Origin: an uncultured Planctomycetota bacterium
GTDB lineage: Bacteria; Planctomycetota; Planctomycetia; Isosphaerales; Isosphaeraceae
Direction of reading: 5' to 3'
Assembly: GCA_963845755.1 (NCBI GenBank)
Contig: CAWJTV010000030.1
Span: 1-64,000 of the forward strand
Length of the DNA stretch: 64,000 bases
Shown here: piece by piece, positions 1 through 10,850 of the stretch
Position numbering within the stretch: the first letter of the stretch is position 1
How the letters are laid out: each line of letters begins with the position of its first letter
Position numbers and translations under genes: made by a program
The notes under the pieces: model-generated
Told to the model about the DNA's origin: nothing
The model's database searches: none
What the model saw: the letters and a program-made list of their open reading frames with translations, nothing else

Positions 1-239
1 TCACGCAGTTCGGCTCCGGCTGGTCGTGGCTCGCAGTCAAGGACGGCAAGGTTCAGGTGATGAAGACGCCGAATGGCGAAAACCCACTCGTCCACGGCGC
101 GAAGCCGATCCTCGGCGTCGACGTGTGGGAGCACTCCTACTACATCGACTATCGCAATCGCCGCCCCGACTACCTGAAGGCGTGGGTCGATCACCTCATA
201 AATTGGGAATATGTCGCCGAGCTGTTCGGCCAGAAGTAA
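1..239 (+). CDS. sodB: Fe/Mn superoxide dismutase, C-terminal part (5'-truncated by window edge)
   Basis: Frame from base 3 reads [10 protein letters not shown]...KTPNGENP...[11 protein letters not shown], which contains the Fe/Mn SOD signature. Confidence 0.93.
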   Translation, partial: TQFGSGWSWLAVKDGKVQVMKTPNGENPLVHGAKPILGVDVWEHSYYIDYRNRRPDYLKAWVDHLINWEYVAELFGQK

Positions 240-250
240 CTCTAACCCGA

Positions 251-275
251 CGCCTCCGGCCCCGAGCCGGAGGCG
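251..275. terminator. GC-rich hairpin between convergent genes, probable terminator
   Basis: CGCCTCCGGC-CCCGA-GCCGGAGGCG is a perfect 10-bp stem, with no clear U-tract. Confidence 0.55.
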
Positions 276-282
276 CCTGCGC

Positions 283-666
283 TCAGTCAGTCAGGTTGAG
301 CGTCTTTTGCTGACAGACGTCGACGTCGGACGCGTCCATCGACTGACCGTCGCTGAAGGTTCCGTGCAAGTCGACGCGGCAATTGAAGGGCCGCGGCAGT
401 TGAGCCGAAGCGTGGCTGCCGGATTTCAGCGCGCCGAGCACTCTCTTCCAGCTTACCAGGCCGCTTTCAGCCGCCTGCAGCTGGACGAGATCGGCCTTGC
501 GCGAGTTCGTCACTATCACCGTGACTGTGGACGCGCCCTCCGACGTCTTCGGCTTGAGCTTCGTGGGCGTGGCTGCGCCCGGCGCCGCGTTCTGAGCCAG
601 CGCCGGCGCGACGACAGAGCCGCAGAGCGCCGTGGCCAACATCGCCGCCAAGGTCCATCTCGTCAT
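283..666 (-). CDS. Small secreted hypothetical protein
   Basis: MTRWTLAAML...APALAQ signal peptide, GGGAGGAG RBS, C-x-VDL...DVC Cys pair. Confidence 0.7.
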   Translation of the reverse strand: MTRWTLAAMLATALCGSVVAPALAQNAAPGAATPTKLKPKTSEGASTVTVIVTNSRKADLVQLQAAESGLVSWKRVLGALKSGSHASAQLPRPFNCRVDLHGTFSDGQSMDASDVDVCQQKTLNLTD

Positions 667-790
667 GAATCTCCTCCCGCGCTCGAGCGGCATGAGACAT
701 GCGCTCGTGACGATGGCGCCACGATGGCGAAGGTAAACCCGAGACCTAAAGCGTCGCCGCACTTGGCGCGCGGCTCACCATCACTCACCA

Positions 791-1395
791 TCACATGTTG
801 CGAGGGGAGACCGGGTCCTGAGGCTCGCGCTCCGCTGAGTGGCGCTCCGCGGCGGCGCGCAGCATCGGCAGCACGTCCCCTATGTTTTCGGCCACAAGAT
901 AACGCGCCTCGAAGCCTTCGCGAATGAAGCCTTCGATACGCATGTGTGCGAGCAGGGCGAGCAGCGGGCGCCAGAAGCCCCCGACATCGGCAATGAGGAT
1001 TGGCTTCGTGTGACGATTGAGCTGAGCCCAGGTCAGCTGCTCGACCAATTCTTCCAGCGTGCCGACCCCGCCAGGCAAGGCGACGAAAGCGTCAGCGCGA
1101 TCGAACATCGCCTGCTTGCGTTCGTGCATATCCTCGACGACCAGCATTTCCTGAGCGGCGGTCAGCGCATGCTCCTTGCGGATGAGGAAGCTCGGGATGA
1201 TCCCGGTCACATAGCCGCCGGCCGCGAGGGTCGACCGAGCAAGGCGCCCATCAGTCCTTCGCCGCCGCCGCCATAGACGAGGCCGACGCCTTCGGCCGCG
1301 AGCGCCCTCCCGAAATCTTCCGCCGCATCGCCGAACCGGGCGTCGTCGCCATCGCTCGATCCGCAATAGACGCAGACGTTTCAAATCGCGCTCAT
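791..1395 (-). CDS. LOG family (TIGR00730-type) nucleotide phosphoribohydrolase; one in-frame TGA at codon 5 and a frameshift near 1248
   Basis: VCVYCGSS and LVYGGG in one frame; MHERK and ALPGGVGTLEEL in the next. Confidence 0.88.
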
Positions 1396-1453
1396 CCCGG
1401 CCTCGCTCATGGCCGATTTGCCGCCCGCGCCTCGGCGCCGTCAAGCCGCGCCG

Positions 1454-2605
1454 TCAGCTCTCCTCAAGCCCGATCTCGCGCAATATCTCCGCTTGATGCT
1501 CGCCGAGCATCGGCGAACGGCGTTCGAGCGTAAGCGGATTGTCGCTCATGAGGATCGGGCTACGAATGCCGGGCGTTTCCTGAGGCTCGATCCGCATGCC
1601 CCGCGCCTTGAACTGCGGATCGGCGAACAGATCGGCGATCGTGTTGATCGGGCCAGCTGGCACCACCGCCGCCTCTAGCGCGGCAAGAAGATCGTTGCGC
1701 TTCCACGAAGAGGTCTTCGCCTTGAGCTCGCGCTCCATCTCGACCCGGTTGGTCACCCGCCCAGGGTTGGTCGCGAAGCGCGGGTCGCGCGCCAGGGACT
1801 CCAGCCCCAGCACCACACAGAGTCGCGCGAACTGTCCGTCGTTGCCGACCGCCACGATCAGCCAGCCGTCCGCGACCGGCAGCGTCTGGTAGGGCGCGAG
1901 ATTGACATGGGCGTTGCCCATCCTCTTCGGCGACTGGCCGGACGCCAGATAGTTCATCGCCTGGTTGGCGAGCATCGTGATCATCGAGTCAAACAGCGCA
2001 AGGTCGATGTGTTGGCCCTTGCCGCTGCGCTCACGCGTGATCAAAGCCGCCTCGATGGCGATGACGCCATAAAGCCCCGTGAACAGATCGCTGATCGCGA
2101 CACCCGCCTTCTGCGGCGAGCCATCCGGCTCGCCGGTGATGCTCATGATTCCCGACATGCCCTGAACGAGGAAGTCGTAGCCGGCGCGCTTCGCGTAAGG
2201 CCCTGTCTGTCCGAAGCCGGTCACCGAGCAATAGATGAGGCGCGGATTGATCAATTTCAGGCTCTCGTAGTCGAGCCCGAATTTCCGCAGGCCCCCGACC
2301 TTGAAATTCTCGATCAATACGTCCGAGCGCGCCGCGAGCCGGCGCACGATCTCGCGCCCCCGCTCGGTCGCGAAATCGGCGACGATCGAGCGCTTGCCGC
2401 GATTGCACGAATGGAAATAAGCGGCTGACCGCTTGCCGTCCGTTTCGATGAACGGCGGTCCCCAGGCGCGCGTCTCGTCTCCTTCGGGATTCTCGACCTT
2501 GATGACGTCAGCGCCGAGATCGGCGAGCGTCTGTCCGGTCGTCGGGCCGGCGAGCACGCGCGCGAGCTCGACCACGCGCACGCCGGCGAGCGCGCTCGCG
2601 CTCAA
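1454..2605 (-). CDS. CaiB/BaiF class III CoA-transferase
   Basis: [16 protein letters not shown]...[29 protein letters not shown]; start overlaps the upstream stop. Confidence 0.93.
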   Translation of the reverse strand: MSASALAGVRVVELARVLAGPTTGQTLADLGADVIKVENPEGDETRAWGPPFIETDGKRSAAYFHSCNRGKRSIVADFATERGREIVRRLAARSDVLIENFKVGGLRKFGLDYESLKLINPRLIYCSVTGFGQTGPYAKRAGYDFLVQGMSGIMSITGEPDGSPQKAGVAISDLFTGLYGVIAIEAALITRERSGKGQHIDLALFDSMITMLANQAMNYLASGQSPKRMGNAHVNLAPYQTLPVADGWLIVAVGNDGQFARLCVVLGLESLARDPRFATNPGRVTNRVEMERELKAKTSSWKRNDLLAALEAAVVPAGPINTIADLFADPQFKARGMRIEPQETPGIRSPILMSDNPLTLERRSPMLGEHQAEILREIGLEES

Positions 2606-3805
2606 AAGAACGCCTGCAGGCCGGTTTGCGCGCGCCCGAGGATCAGCGCGTGAACGTCATGCGTCCCTTCATAGGTGTTGACGGTCTCGAGGTTGGCGAG
2701 GTGGCGCATGACCTTGTATTCGATCTGGATGCCGTTACCCCCGTGCATGTCGCGCGCGGCCCGCGCAATGTCGAGCGCATCGCCGCAATTCGAGCGCTTG
2801 ACGAGCGAGATCATCTCCGGCGCCGCCCTGCCCTCGTCCATCAGCCGTCCGACCCTGAGCGACGCCTGGAGGCCGAGCGCGATCCGGGTCTGCATGTCGG
2901 CAAGCTTTTTTTGAAACAGCTGCGTCTGAGCGAGCGGCCGGCCGAACTGCTTGCGGTCAAGGCCGTATTGGCGGGCGCCGAGCCAGCAATCCTCCGCCGC
3001 GCCCATCGCGCCCCAGGATATGCCGTAGCGAGCGCGGTTCAGGCAGCCGAACGGCCCTTTCAAGCCAGCGACGTTGGGCAGGAGCGCGCTTTCCGGCGCT
3101 TCGACATTGTCGAGCACGATCTCGCCGGTGACCGAGGCGCGCAGCGAGAGCTTGCCCTCGATCTTCGGCGCGGAGAGGCCTTTCATGCCTTTTTCGAGGA
3201 TGAAGCCGCGGATCTGATCGTTATGCGCGCGCGACTTCGCCCACACCACGAAGACGTCGGCGATCGGGGCGTTGCTGATCCACATTTTCGAGCCAATGAG
3301 CCGATAGCCGCCGTCGATCTTCTCGGCCCGCGTGGTCATGCCGCCCGGATCGGAGCCGGCGTTCGGCTCGGTGAGGCCAAAGCAGCCGATGAGTTCGCCC
3401 CGCGCGAGGCCTGGCAGGTATTTTTGGTGCTGGTCGGCGTCGCCATAGGCGTGGATCGGATACATTACGAGCGAGCTCTGCACGCTCATCATCGAACGGA
3501 AGCCCGAAGTCGACGCGCTCGACCTCGCGCGCAACAAGGCCGTAGGAGACGTAGCCTGCGCCCGCGCAGCCGAATTCCTGCGGCAGCGTCACCCCGAGCA
3601 ATCCCGCTTCGCCCATCAGCCGGAACAACTTCGGGTCGGTCTTTTCCTCGAGATAGGCCTTCTGGATCCGGGGCGCGAGCTCGCGAGCGGCAAAGTCCCG
3701 CGCCGTATCGCGGATCATCCGCTCGTCCTCAGTGAGCTGAGCCTCGAGCAGCAGCGGATCGTCCCATTTGAATGGGCCGAGATCGGGTCCATGAAAGGAG
3801 CTCAT
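2602..3805 (-). CDS. gcdH: Glutaryl-CoA dehydrogenase (frameshift near 3510)
   Basis: [11 protein letters not shown]-terminus, [36 protein letters not shown]-terminus. Confidence 0.92.
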
Positions 3806-4087
3806 TTGAAGCGCCTCTTCGGCTACGTCCGGTTGATCCGGCGGGCTCAGGTTCTGTTCTATTCGGCGCCGCGGGCGACGTCGAGCGCATGCTAGTGCCG
3901 GGATGAATTGTGGCTGAATCGAGGGGAATTCCCGCGGCGCTGTTCTGACGCAAGGCGCCGGCCGTGGAGAGGCCTGCTTTTGCCTCGGCCGCGCTGCCGC
4001 CCCTCGCGCCGGCGCGATGGCGATTGCGCCAAACTGAGTCTCGTTACAGTTCTCATCGGCGAAAGATCCCTGATATCATCGGACGGC

Positions 4088-5377
4088 ATGAAAAACGATC
4101 CGCTCTCGCACGGCCTTTGGGAAATCACCGCCCCCCCGGCGCCGCCGACCTCGCCGCTCAAGGGCGAGGTCCGGGCCGACGTCGCAATTGTCGGCTGCGG
4201 TTATACCGGGCTTTCGACGGCGCTTCGGCTGGCCGAGGCGGGAGCGAAGGTCGTCGCGCTCGAGGCGGTCGAGATCGGCTTCGGCGGCGCGGGGCGCAAC
4301 GTCGGCCTGGTCAACGCCGGCATGTGGCTTGCGCCCGACGAGATTGTGAAGAGGCTCGGCGCCGACTATGGCGAGCGGTTGCTCAAGCTGCTCGGCGGCG
4401 GCCCGGCGGAGGTCTACGCCATGGTCGAGAAGCACGGGATCGACTGCGAATTGGTGAAGCAACGGCACGCTGCACTGCGCGATTGGACGTTCGGGCCTCG
4501 CCAAGATCGAGGAGCGTGCGCGGCAATGGGGCGCTCGCGGCGCGCCGGTGAAAGTTCTCAGCCGCGAGGAGACGGCGCGGCGGATCGGCGTCGACATCTA
4601 TGCGGGCTCGCTGCTCGACCTGCGCGCCGGCACGATCCAGCCGCTCGCCTATGCGCGCGGGCTGGCCGGCGCCGCGATCGCCGCTGGCGCCGCGATCCAC
4701 ACCCGAAGTCCAGTGCGTTCGGCCGAGCGAACCGGCAAGGTCTGGAGGCTTACAACCGACGGCGGGACAGTCGCGGCCGACCGGGTTGCGGTCGCGACCG
4801 ACGCCTACGCCGAGGGCGCGCAATGGCCGCAGGGGAAGCGGGAGCAGATCCGCGTGCCCTATTTCAATTTCGCGACGCGGCCGCTCGCGCCCGAGCTTGC
4901 GGCCTCGATCCTGCCGGGCCGCGAGGGCTGCTGGGACACTCGGCTCATCATGAACTCATTCCGCTTCGATCAAGCTGGACGGCTTCTATTCGGCAGCATC
5001 GGCGCGCTGCGCCTGGCGGGCCTTAACGTCCACCGCGCCTGGGCTATGCGCGCGCTCAAGAAGACGTTCCCGCGATTGGGCGAGGTCGAGTTCGAAGCGC
5101 AATGGTACGGAATGATGGGCATGACCTCGAACGCGCTGCCGCGCTTTCACCGGCTCGCAGAGAATGTCGTGACTTTCTGCGGCTATAACGGACGCGGCAT
5201 CGGCACCGGCACGGTGTTCGGCCGCCTGCTCGCGGACCATCTTCTCGGAAAATTAACCGAAAAGGACTTGCCGCTGCCGGTCACCGAGCCGGACGCGCCC
5301 GCGCTTTTCCGGCCTTCTGGGAAGGCTATTACGAGGCTGGATCACAAATTGCCCATGCCGTCGGCGCACGGCTGTAA
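4088..5377 (+). CDS. FAD-dependent (DAO-family) oxidoreductase; frameshifts near 4460 and 5310
   Basis: [15 protein letters not shown]ossmann motif, [19 protein letters not shown]; reconstructed C-terminus ends at TAA 5375-5377. Confidence 0.85.
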
Positions 5378-5624
5378 ACATGCTTTTGCCCATACGGGGC
5401 TGGAGATGTTGGCCGACGAAGCCGCTGCGTCCGCGACCCATGAACTCGCCCGGATCACGAGCGGTTGTCTTGATTTAAACACCTTGTCTGGCTATTCGGC
5501 GTCCATCGATGTTCGACTGACAACTCGACATCGCGTCATGCGGCGCGACGAGGAAGCCTTCCGCACCGATAGCGGACGGCGACATCCGGCCGCTCACTTC
5601 AACTTGATCTACGGGACTGCATCT

Positions 5625-5834
5625 ATGGCTACGGGAACCGTCAAATGGTTCAACGCAACGAAAGGCTTTGGTTTCATCCAGCCTGACGACGGCGGCAAGG
5701 ACGTGTTTGTCCATATCAGCGCCGTTGAGCGCGCGGGGCTCCGCGACCTCAACGAAGGGCAGAAGGTCGCCTATGAGATTGTCGCCGACAAGCGCACCGG
5801 ACGCTCGTCAGCAGGCAACTTGAAGGTCGCCTGA
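5625..5834 (+). CDS. cspA: Cold-shock protein
   Basis: [33 protein letters not shown] with RNP1/RNP2 motifs, 69 aa. Confidence 0.97.
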   Translation: MATGTVKWFNATKGFGFIQPDDGGKDVFVHISAVERAGLRDLNEGQKVAYEIVADKRTGRSSAGNLKVA

Positions 5835-5861
5835 TCTCAACAATCTGACGCGCTCGATCCT

Positions 5862-5894
5862 GAGCCCCGGCGACAAGGCCGGGGCTTTTTGTTT
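5862..5894 (+). terminator. Rho-independent terminator of cspA
   Basis: AGCCCCGGC-GACAAG-GCCGGGGCT followed by TTTTGTTT. Confidence 0.85.
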
Positions 5895-5921
5895 ATGGTG
5901 GCCTCCTCCAGGGAGGCGACG

Positions 5922-7421
5922 ATGGCTGAGCGAGCAAGAGAGACGTTTCTGGGGCTCGACATCGGCACCTCGTCGGTGAAAGCGCTGCTCGTCGATCTCG
6001 AGCAGCGCGTGCTCGCGGAAGCGTCGATCCCGCTCAGCGTTTCGCGCCCTCATCCGTTATGGAGCGAGCAGGACCCGTCGGACTGGGTCGAGGGAGTCGA
6101 GGCCGCGGTCGCCGCCATCCGCCGCCAAGCTCCGTCCGAGTTCGCGGCGCTGTCCGGCATCGGTCTCTCGGGCCAGATGCATGGCGCGACGCTTCTCGAC
6201 GCGCAGGACAAACCGCTGAGGCCAGCGATTTTGTGGAACGACGGTCGCTCGTTCGCGGAATGCGACGAACTCAAGCGCCGCGTTCCCGATCTCGAGCAGC
6301 GCACCGGCAATCTCGCCATGCCCGGCTTCACAGCGCCGAAAATGCTGTGGGTCGCCGCGCACGAGCCCGAGATCGCCAAGGCGACCAGGCGGGTGCTGCT
6401 GCCCAAGGACTATGTCCGCCTGCGCCTCTCGGGCGAAGCCGTCTCGGAGATGTCGGACGCTTCGGGGACGCTCTGGCTTGATGTCGGGCGGCGGCGCTGG
6501 GACGGAAACCTGCTTGCGGCGACCGGCCTGACCGAGAAGGCAATGCCCCGCCTGGTCGAGGGATCGGAAGTTTCGGCTCATCTCGCGCCGGAAATCGCCG
6601 CCGCCTGGGGCCTCGCGGGGCGCAAGATTCCGATTGCGGGCGGCGGCGGCGACAACGCCGCCTCCGCGATCGGCGTCGGCGCAACCGCGCCAGGGGCGGG
6701 CTTCGTTTCGCTCGGCACCTCCGGCGTCATTTTTTCGGTCACCGATCGCTTCGTCAGCTTGCCCGAGCGGACGCTGCATGCATTTTGCCACGCGTTGCCG
6801 CATCGCTGGCACGGCATGGCGGTGATGCTGTCGGCCGCCTCCTCGCTCGCCTGGATCGCCGCCGTCCTGGGACGCGAGCGCGATATTGGCGAGTTGATCG
6901 CCGGCGCTGCGGCCTTCGCCCAATCGAAGGGCGCGGTCGCCTCCGCGCCGATCTTCCTGCCCTATCTCAGCGGCGAACGCACGCCGCATAACGACGCCGA
7001 GGCGACAGGAATGTTCGCCGGCCTACGGGCCGAGCATGGCGCTGCCGCGCTCGTCTTCGCGGTCATGGAGGGCGTTGCCTTCTCGTTCGCCGACGGGGTC
7101 GACGTTCTGGACGCGGCCGGCGCGCGGCCGATCCGGCCATTGCTTGTTGGTGGCGGAGCGCGGTCGGAATTCTGGGGGCAAATGATCGCCGACGTCACCG
7201 GCTTGACGATCGATCTCGCTTCCGGCGCGGAAGCGGGCGCGGCGCTTGGCGCGGCGAGGCTCGGCATGCTTGCCGCAGGCGCCGGAAGTGTCGAAGCGGT
7301 GTGCGCGCGTCCGGCTATCCAGCGCGAGTTCAAGCCCGATCCGGGGCGCGCCGCCGCCCACGGCCTGCGCCTCAAGCGCTACCGTGCGCTCTATCAGGCG
7401 GAAAAGGCGGCGCGCCTCTAG
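5922..7421 (+). CDS. xylB: Xylulokinase
   Basis: LGLDIGTSSVK, GLSGQMHG, PAILWND, GGGDNAA, LPYLSGERTPHND; GGGAGG RBS. Confidence 0.95.
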   Translation: MAERARETFLGLDIGTSSVKALLVDLEQRVLAEASIPLSVSRPHPLWSEQDPSDWVEGVEAAVAAIRRQAPSEFAALSGIGLSGQMHGATLLDAQDKPLRPAILWNDGRSFAECDELKRRVPDLEQRTGNLAMPGFTAPKMLWVAAHEPEIAKATRRVLLPKDYVRLRLSGEAVSEMSDASGTLWLDVGRRRWDGNLLAATGLTEKAMPRLVEGSEVSAHLAPEIAAAWGLAGRKIPIAGGGGDNAASAIGVGATAPGAGFVSLGTSGVIFSVTDRFVSLPERTLHAFCHALPHRWHGMAVMLSAASSLAWIAAVLGRERDIGELIAGAAAFAQSKGAVASAPIFLPYLSGERTPHNDAEATGMFAGLRAEHGAAALVFAVMEGVAFSFADGVDVLDAAGARPIRPLLVGGGARSEFWGQMIADVTGLTIDLASGAEAGAALGAARLGMLAAGAGSVEAVCARPAIQREFKPDPGRAAAHGLRLKRYRALYQAEKAARL

Positions 7422-8125
7422 GCGACGCGCCATTTGACGACCAGATCCCCGATTGCGGTCACCAGGATTTGCACGCCGATGCACATGAGAAGGAACGCCA
7501 TCAGCCGCACGATGACCTGCCGCGCCGTGGGCCCCATCAGCCCGGTCAGGCGATCAGAGAAGCGATAGCCGATCCAGATGATTGCGGCGTTGGCGACCGC
7601 CGCGACGCTCGCGCCGAGGAAGAACGCAAGCAGACCGACGCCGTTCAACGGCCGCTCAGCGCCGATCGTGATCGCGACAGCAATAGTGCCCGGCCCGGTG
7701 GTGAACGGCAGCGTCAAGGGAAAGAACGCGAGTTGCATCGGATCGTCGCCGCTGTCCGGCACGGCTTCCCGCTCGTGGCTTTTTTGGTCCGGATGGGAAT
7801 TGCTCGTGGTTAAGAGCTGGAAGCCGCTAAGGGCGATCACCGCCCCGCCAGCGATGCGCAAGGCGTCGATCGAAACGCCGAAGAAGCTCAGCACATAGGT
7901 CCCGGCCCACAGCGCCCCGAACATGATGAGTAGCGAATAGAACCCGACGCGCGCCGCGACCTTCACCCGGTCCAAGGAGCTGAAGTCCTTGGTGAAGCCG
8001 TAAAAGATCAACGCGCCGCCGATCGGATTGATGATCGAGAACAGGGATGAGAAAGCGAGCAGAAATGCGGAATTCGCCGTCACGGCAAAGTCGCGCCAGT
8101 CCGCTACGCCCAAGATTTGTTCCAT
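7418..8125 (-). CDS. MarC family membrane protein
   Basis: LFSIINPIG, FPLTLPFTTGPGTIA, RLMAFLLMCIGVQ; about six TM segments. Confidence 0.92.
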   Translation of the reverse strand: MEQILGVADWRDFAVTANSAFLLAFSSLFSIINPIGGALIFYGFTKDFSSLDRVKVAARVGFYSLLIMFGALWAGTYVLSFFGVSIDALRIAGGAVIALSGFQLLTTSNSHPDQKSHEREAVPDSGDDPMQLAFFPLTLPFTTGPGTIAVAITIGAERPLNGVGLLAFFLGASVAAVANAAIIWIGYRFSDRLTGLMGPTARQVIVRLMAFLLMCIGVQILVTAIGDLVVKWRVA

Positions 8126-8250
8126 GCTCGCCCCCCACTTGACGAGGATTGCGTGAACAGCGCCCCGCGTTTTCGCCGGTCAGCTCTAACCTTTTAAGAA
8201 GCCTCCTGCGCTAGCCTTCCCGCGTCAACCGCGAGCCCCGAGGGAGATCC

Positions 8251-9270
8251 GTGGCCGGTCCACTCGCCCTGTGGGCGGCGTTGCAGAGCGCGGTCCTGGA
8301 GACTTTCAGCGCCTCGTCAGCCTATGGCGGCCCTGCGCTCCTCGGCGCGCTGGCGTTCTCCGCCCTCTATTATGCTGGGCGCCGTCAGTCGCGTGGCCGA
8401 CGCGTCAACGCGAGGGGCTTCCTCCGCTCGATCTTCCCCAGACGCATTCTCCTCCATCCTTCGTCGCTGATCGACATGCGCCTGTGGGCGCTGAACGCGG
8501 TCGTGTTTGCCTCCGCTTACGGCATGCTGGGCCTTGGCCTGTTCTTCTGGCGCGACGCCATCGTCGCCTGGCTGACGCGCGAATTTGGGCCTCACGCGCC
8601 CCTTCTCTGGCCAGCCTGGATCGTCCTCACGCTCGCGACCGTGCTGCAGATCCTCGCCTACGAGCTCGCTTACTGGTCCGCCCACTATGGCTTTCACAAG
8701 ATCCCGGCCTTGTGGGAGTTTCACAAGGTCCACCATTCGGCGGAGGTGATGACGACCCTGACTGAGTTGCGCCAGCACCCCGTCGAGATCATCGCCTTCA
8801 TGAATTGGATCGGGCTCGCTACGGGTATCGTGTTCGGCGTGATGACCTATGCCTTCGGCCCGGGCGTGCGACCGTTCACGCTTTTGAATGGCAACATCCT
8901 CACCATGGCCTTTCTCCTGACCTACGGGCATCTACGGCACAGCCATATGTGGATCGCATTCACCGGACTGGCCGGCCGGATCCTGCAGAGCCCTGCTCAC
9001 CACCAACTCCATCACTCCGCCAACCCTGCCCATTTCGACAAGAACCTCGGCTTTGCTCTCGCCCTCTGGGACTGGGCGTTCGGCACGCTCGCAATTCCCG
9101 CCAAGACCCGCGAACCGATCGTGTTCGGGGTCGGCGACGAGGGGGCGGCGTTCCGCTCGACCCTTTCCGCCCTCGTCGCGCCATGCGCGCGTTCCGCCGG
9201 CCACGTGATGCGGCTCGTTCAGAGACTCTGCGGGCGGTCGTGGCGCCGCGACCGCCGCGAGCCCGGGTGA
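8251..9270 (+). CDS. Sterol desaturase / fatty acid hydroxylase family protein
   Basis: His boxes HYGFH, HKVHH, HLRH and HHQLHH, plus TM segments. Confidence 0.9.
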   Translation: MAGPLALWAALQSAVLETFSASSAYGGPALLGALAFSALYYAGRRQSRGRRVNARGFLRSIFPRRILLHPSSLIDMRLWALNAVVFASAYGMLGLGLFFWRDAIVAWLTREFGPHAPLLWPAWIVLTLATVLQILAYELAYWSAHYGFHKIPALWEFHKVHHSAEVMTTLTELRQHPVEIIAFMNWIGLATGIVFGVMTYAFGPGVRPFTLLNGNILTMAFLLTYGHLRHSHMWIAFTGLAGRILQSPAHHQLHHSANPAHFDKNLGFALALWDWAFGTLAIPAKTREPIVFGVGDEGAAFRSTLSALVAPCARSAGHVMRLVQRLCGRSWRRDRREPG

Positions 9271-9443
9271 AACATCGCTCTGACCGCATTGTGTCATCAA
9301 CGAGGAACCTGTCAAGATCGTTCGAATGGGCCCGTTCACCAGGGAATCCAGGCCTCCACGGAACCTTGCCGACCTGGATCCAAGCTTGTGGGTCCTGAGT
9401 GTCGCTACGAACGCCCTCGAAGGGCTTCGCGTTTTATTAAGAG

Positions 9444-9460
9444 TCGGCATTGGAATTGCG
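9444..9460 (+). promoter_or_regulatory. Candidate sigma-54 (-24/-12) promoter
   Basis: TCGGCATTGGAATTGCG has GG-N10-GC with TTGC, about 50 nt upstream of the ANTAR gene start. Confidence 0.5.
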
Positions 9461-9511
9461 ATAGTTTTTTCGGTCTCACCACTCTGCCTGTGCATCGAGG
9501 GGACAACGGCG

Positions 9512-10110
9512 ATGACTCGGCCTTATCGTGTTGTGATCGCGGACGACGAAAAACCAGTCGCCGTCGGACTTCAGAATCAACTGGAATCACTGGGTTACGA
9601 TGTCGTGTCGGTCGTCAACGACGGCCAGCGTGCCATCGAGATGTGTGGCGCACGCTGCCGGACGCCGTTTTTCTCGACATCGAGATGCCGGGATTGGACG
9701 GGCTTTCCGCCGCGCGGCAGATTGCCGTCGATCCGGGCACACCGGTGATCATCCTGACTGCCCACGGCCACCCCAACTTGATCGATCAAGCGGTGGAAGA
9801 CGGCGTGATTTCCTACCTCCTCAAGCCCGCCACCAACCCAAGCCTCCACGCCGCCGTCCAGGTGGCCGTGGCCCGGGCCCGGGAGCTCAAGGCCCTGCAG
9901 GACGATGTGGACGAACTCCGCTCCACACTCCGCGAGCGGAAATTGATCGAGCGGGCCAAAGGAATCCTCATGTCCCGTCGGCATCTCAGCGAGAGCGATG
10001 CCTTCCGGCTGCTCCAGCGACAGAGCCAGGATCGCCGCATCCCCATGGCCAAGCTCGCGGAATCCATCATCCAGACGGATGAATTGCTCGAGGCGCCCGA
10101 CCAAAGTTAG
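9512..10110 (+). CDS. REC + ANTAR response regulator (frameshift near 9647)
   Basis: RVVIADDE, FLDIEMP, YLLKP receiver; ERKLIERAKGILM...SESDAFRLLQRQSQDRRIPMAKLA ANTAR domain. Confidence 0.92.
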
Positions 10111-10168
10111 CGCCCCGATGGCCCGACCGGTCCGCCGACATTCCGAACTGTCTCACGGGGAATAATGT

Positions 10169-10197
10169 TTGACGTGGGCGTGATAGCTCGGTAATCT
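10169..10197 (+). promoter_or_regulatory. Candidate sigma-70 promoter
   Basis: TTGACG-17 nt-TAATCT. Confidence 0.5.
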
Positions 10198-10443
10198 GAT
10201 CCATATTCAGGGGGACCCTGCCGGAAACCCGGGTCCCTTCCTGACCCCAGTGCTGACCAGCTTCGAAGTGATGAATTCGCCGGTTGGGATCAAGGATGGT
10301 ACAAAATGAACTCCTCTCGTAATCCCGACGAGTTCATTTGTTCCCACAATCTCGGGGGCAGACGATCCCGGGACTCCCTCGCAATCCCTTCGCTCGGCAA
10401 GGCCGCAGGTCAAGGCGTAGAGCCGATCAGGCGGGAGACTGGC

Positions 10444-10704
10444 ATGCCGATGTACGACTCCAGGACTGAGCTTCGGCGGTTCGGGATCGGCAAGAACCAT
10501 CAAGAACTCGCCCAGTTCATCGAGGGCCATATCAACCGGGTCGCCAGCGGTCGGATTCGCGATCTGCATGTGGTGTACTCGGAAGACAAGATCATCCTGC
10601 AAGGGCGGTCGCGTACGTATCATGCGAAGCAATTAGCCCATCAGGCGGTCCTGGATCTGACCGACGGCCATCCGCTCCTGGCCAACCAGATCGTGGTCTC
10701 GTAA
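10444..10704 (+). CDS. Small planctomycete BON-like domain protein
   Basis: GRIRDLHV...IILQGRSRTYHAKQLAHQAV...NQIVV; GGGAG RBS. Confidence 0.7.
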   Translation: MPMYDSRTELRRFGIGKNHQELAQFIEGHINRVASGRIRDLHVVYSEDKIILQGRSRTYHAKQLAHQAVLDLTDGHPLLANQIVVS

Positions 10705-10850
10705 TGAAGTCCGCCGCTTCGCGAGCCCCGCGGAGCCGCAACGCAATGCAATGCACCGCAACGCACAGCCGGCCCTACACCACGGAACGGCCTGGATCAT
10801 GGCTGTCGCGCACCTTGCTTTCGCTCGATTGCTACAGGGACGAGTTGGCC

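Noticed and set aside
1381..1383. In-frame TGA in the LOG gene as evidence of recoding
   Set aside because: TGA is the normal stop in many neighbouring genes; a CGA-to-TGA error or mutation is the simpler explanation.
4548..5834. ORF suggesting an oxidoreductase-CspA fusion
   Set aside because: A frameshift near 5310 bypasses the natural oxidoreductase stop (TAA 5375-5377). The intervening translation is not protein-like, and cspA has its own ATG at 5625.
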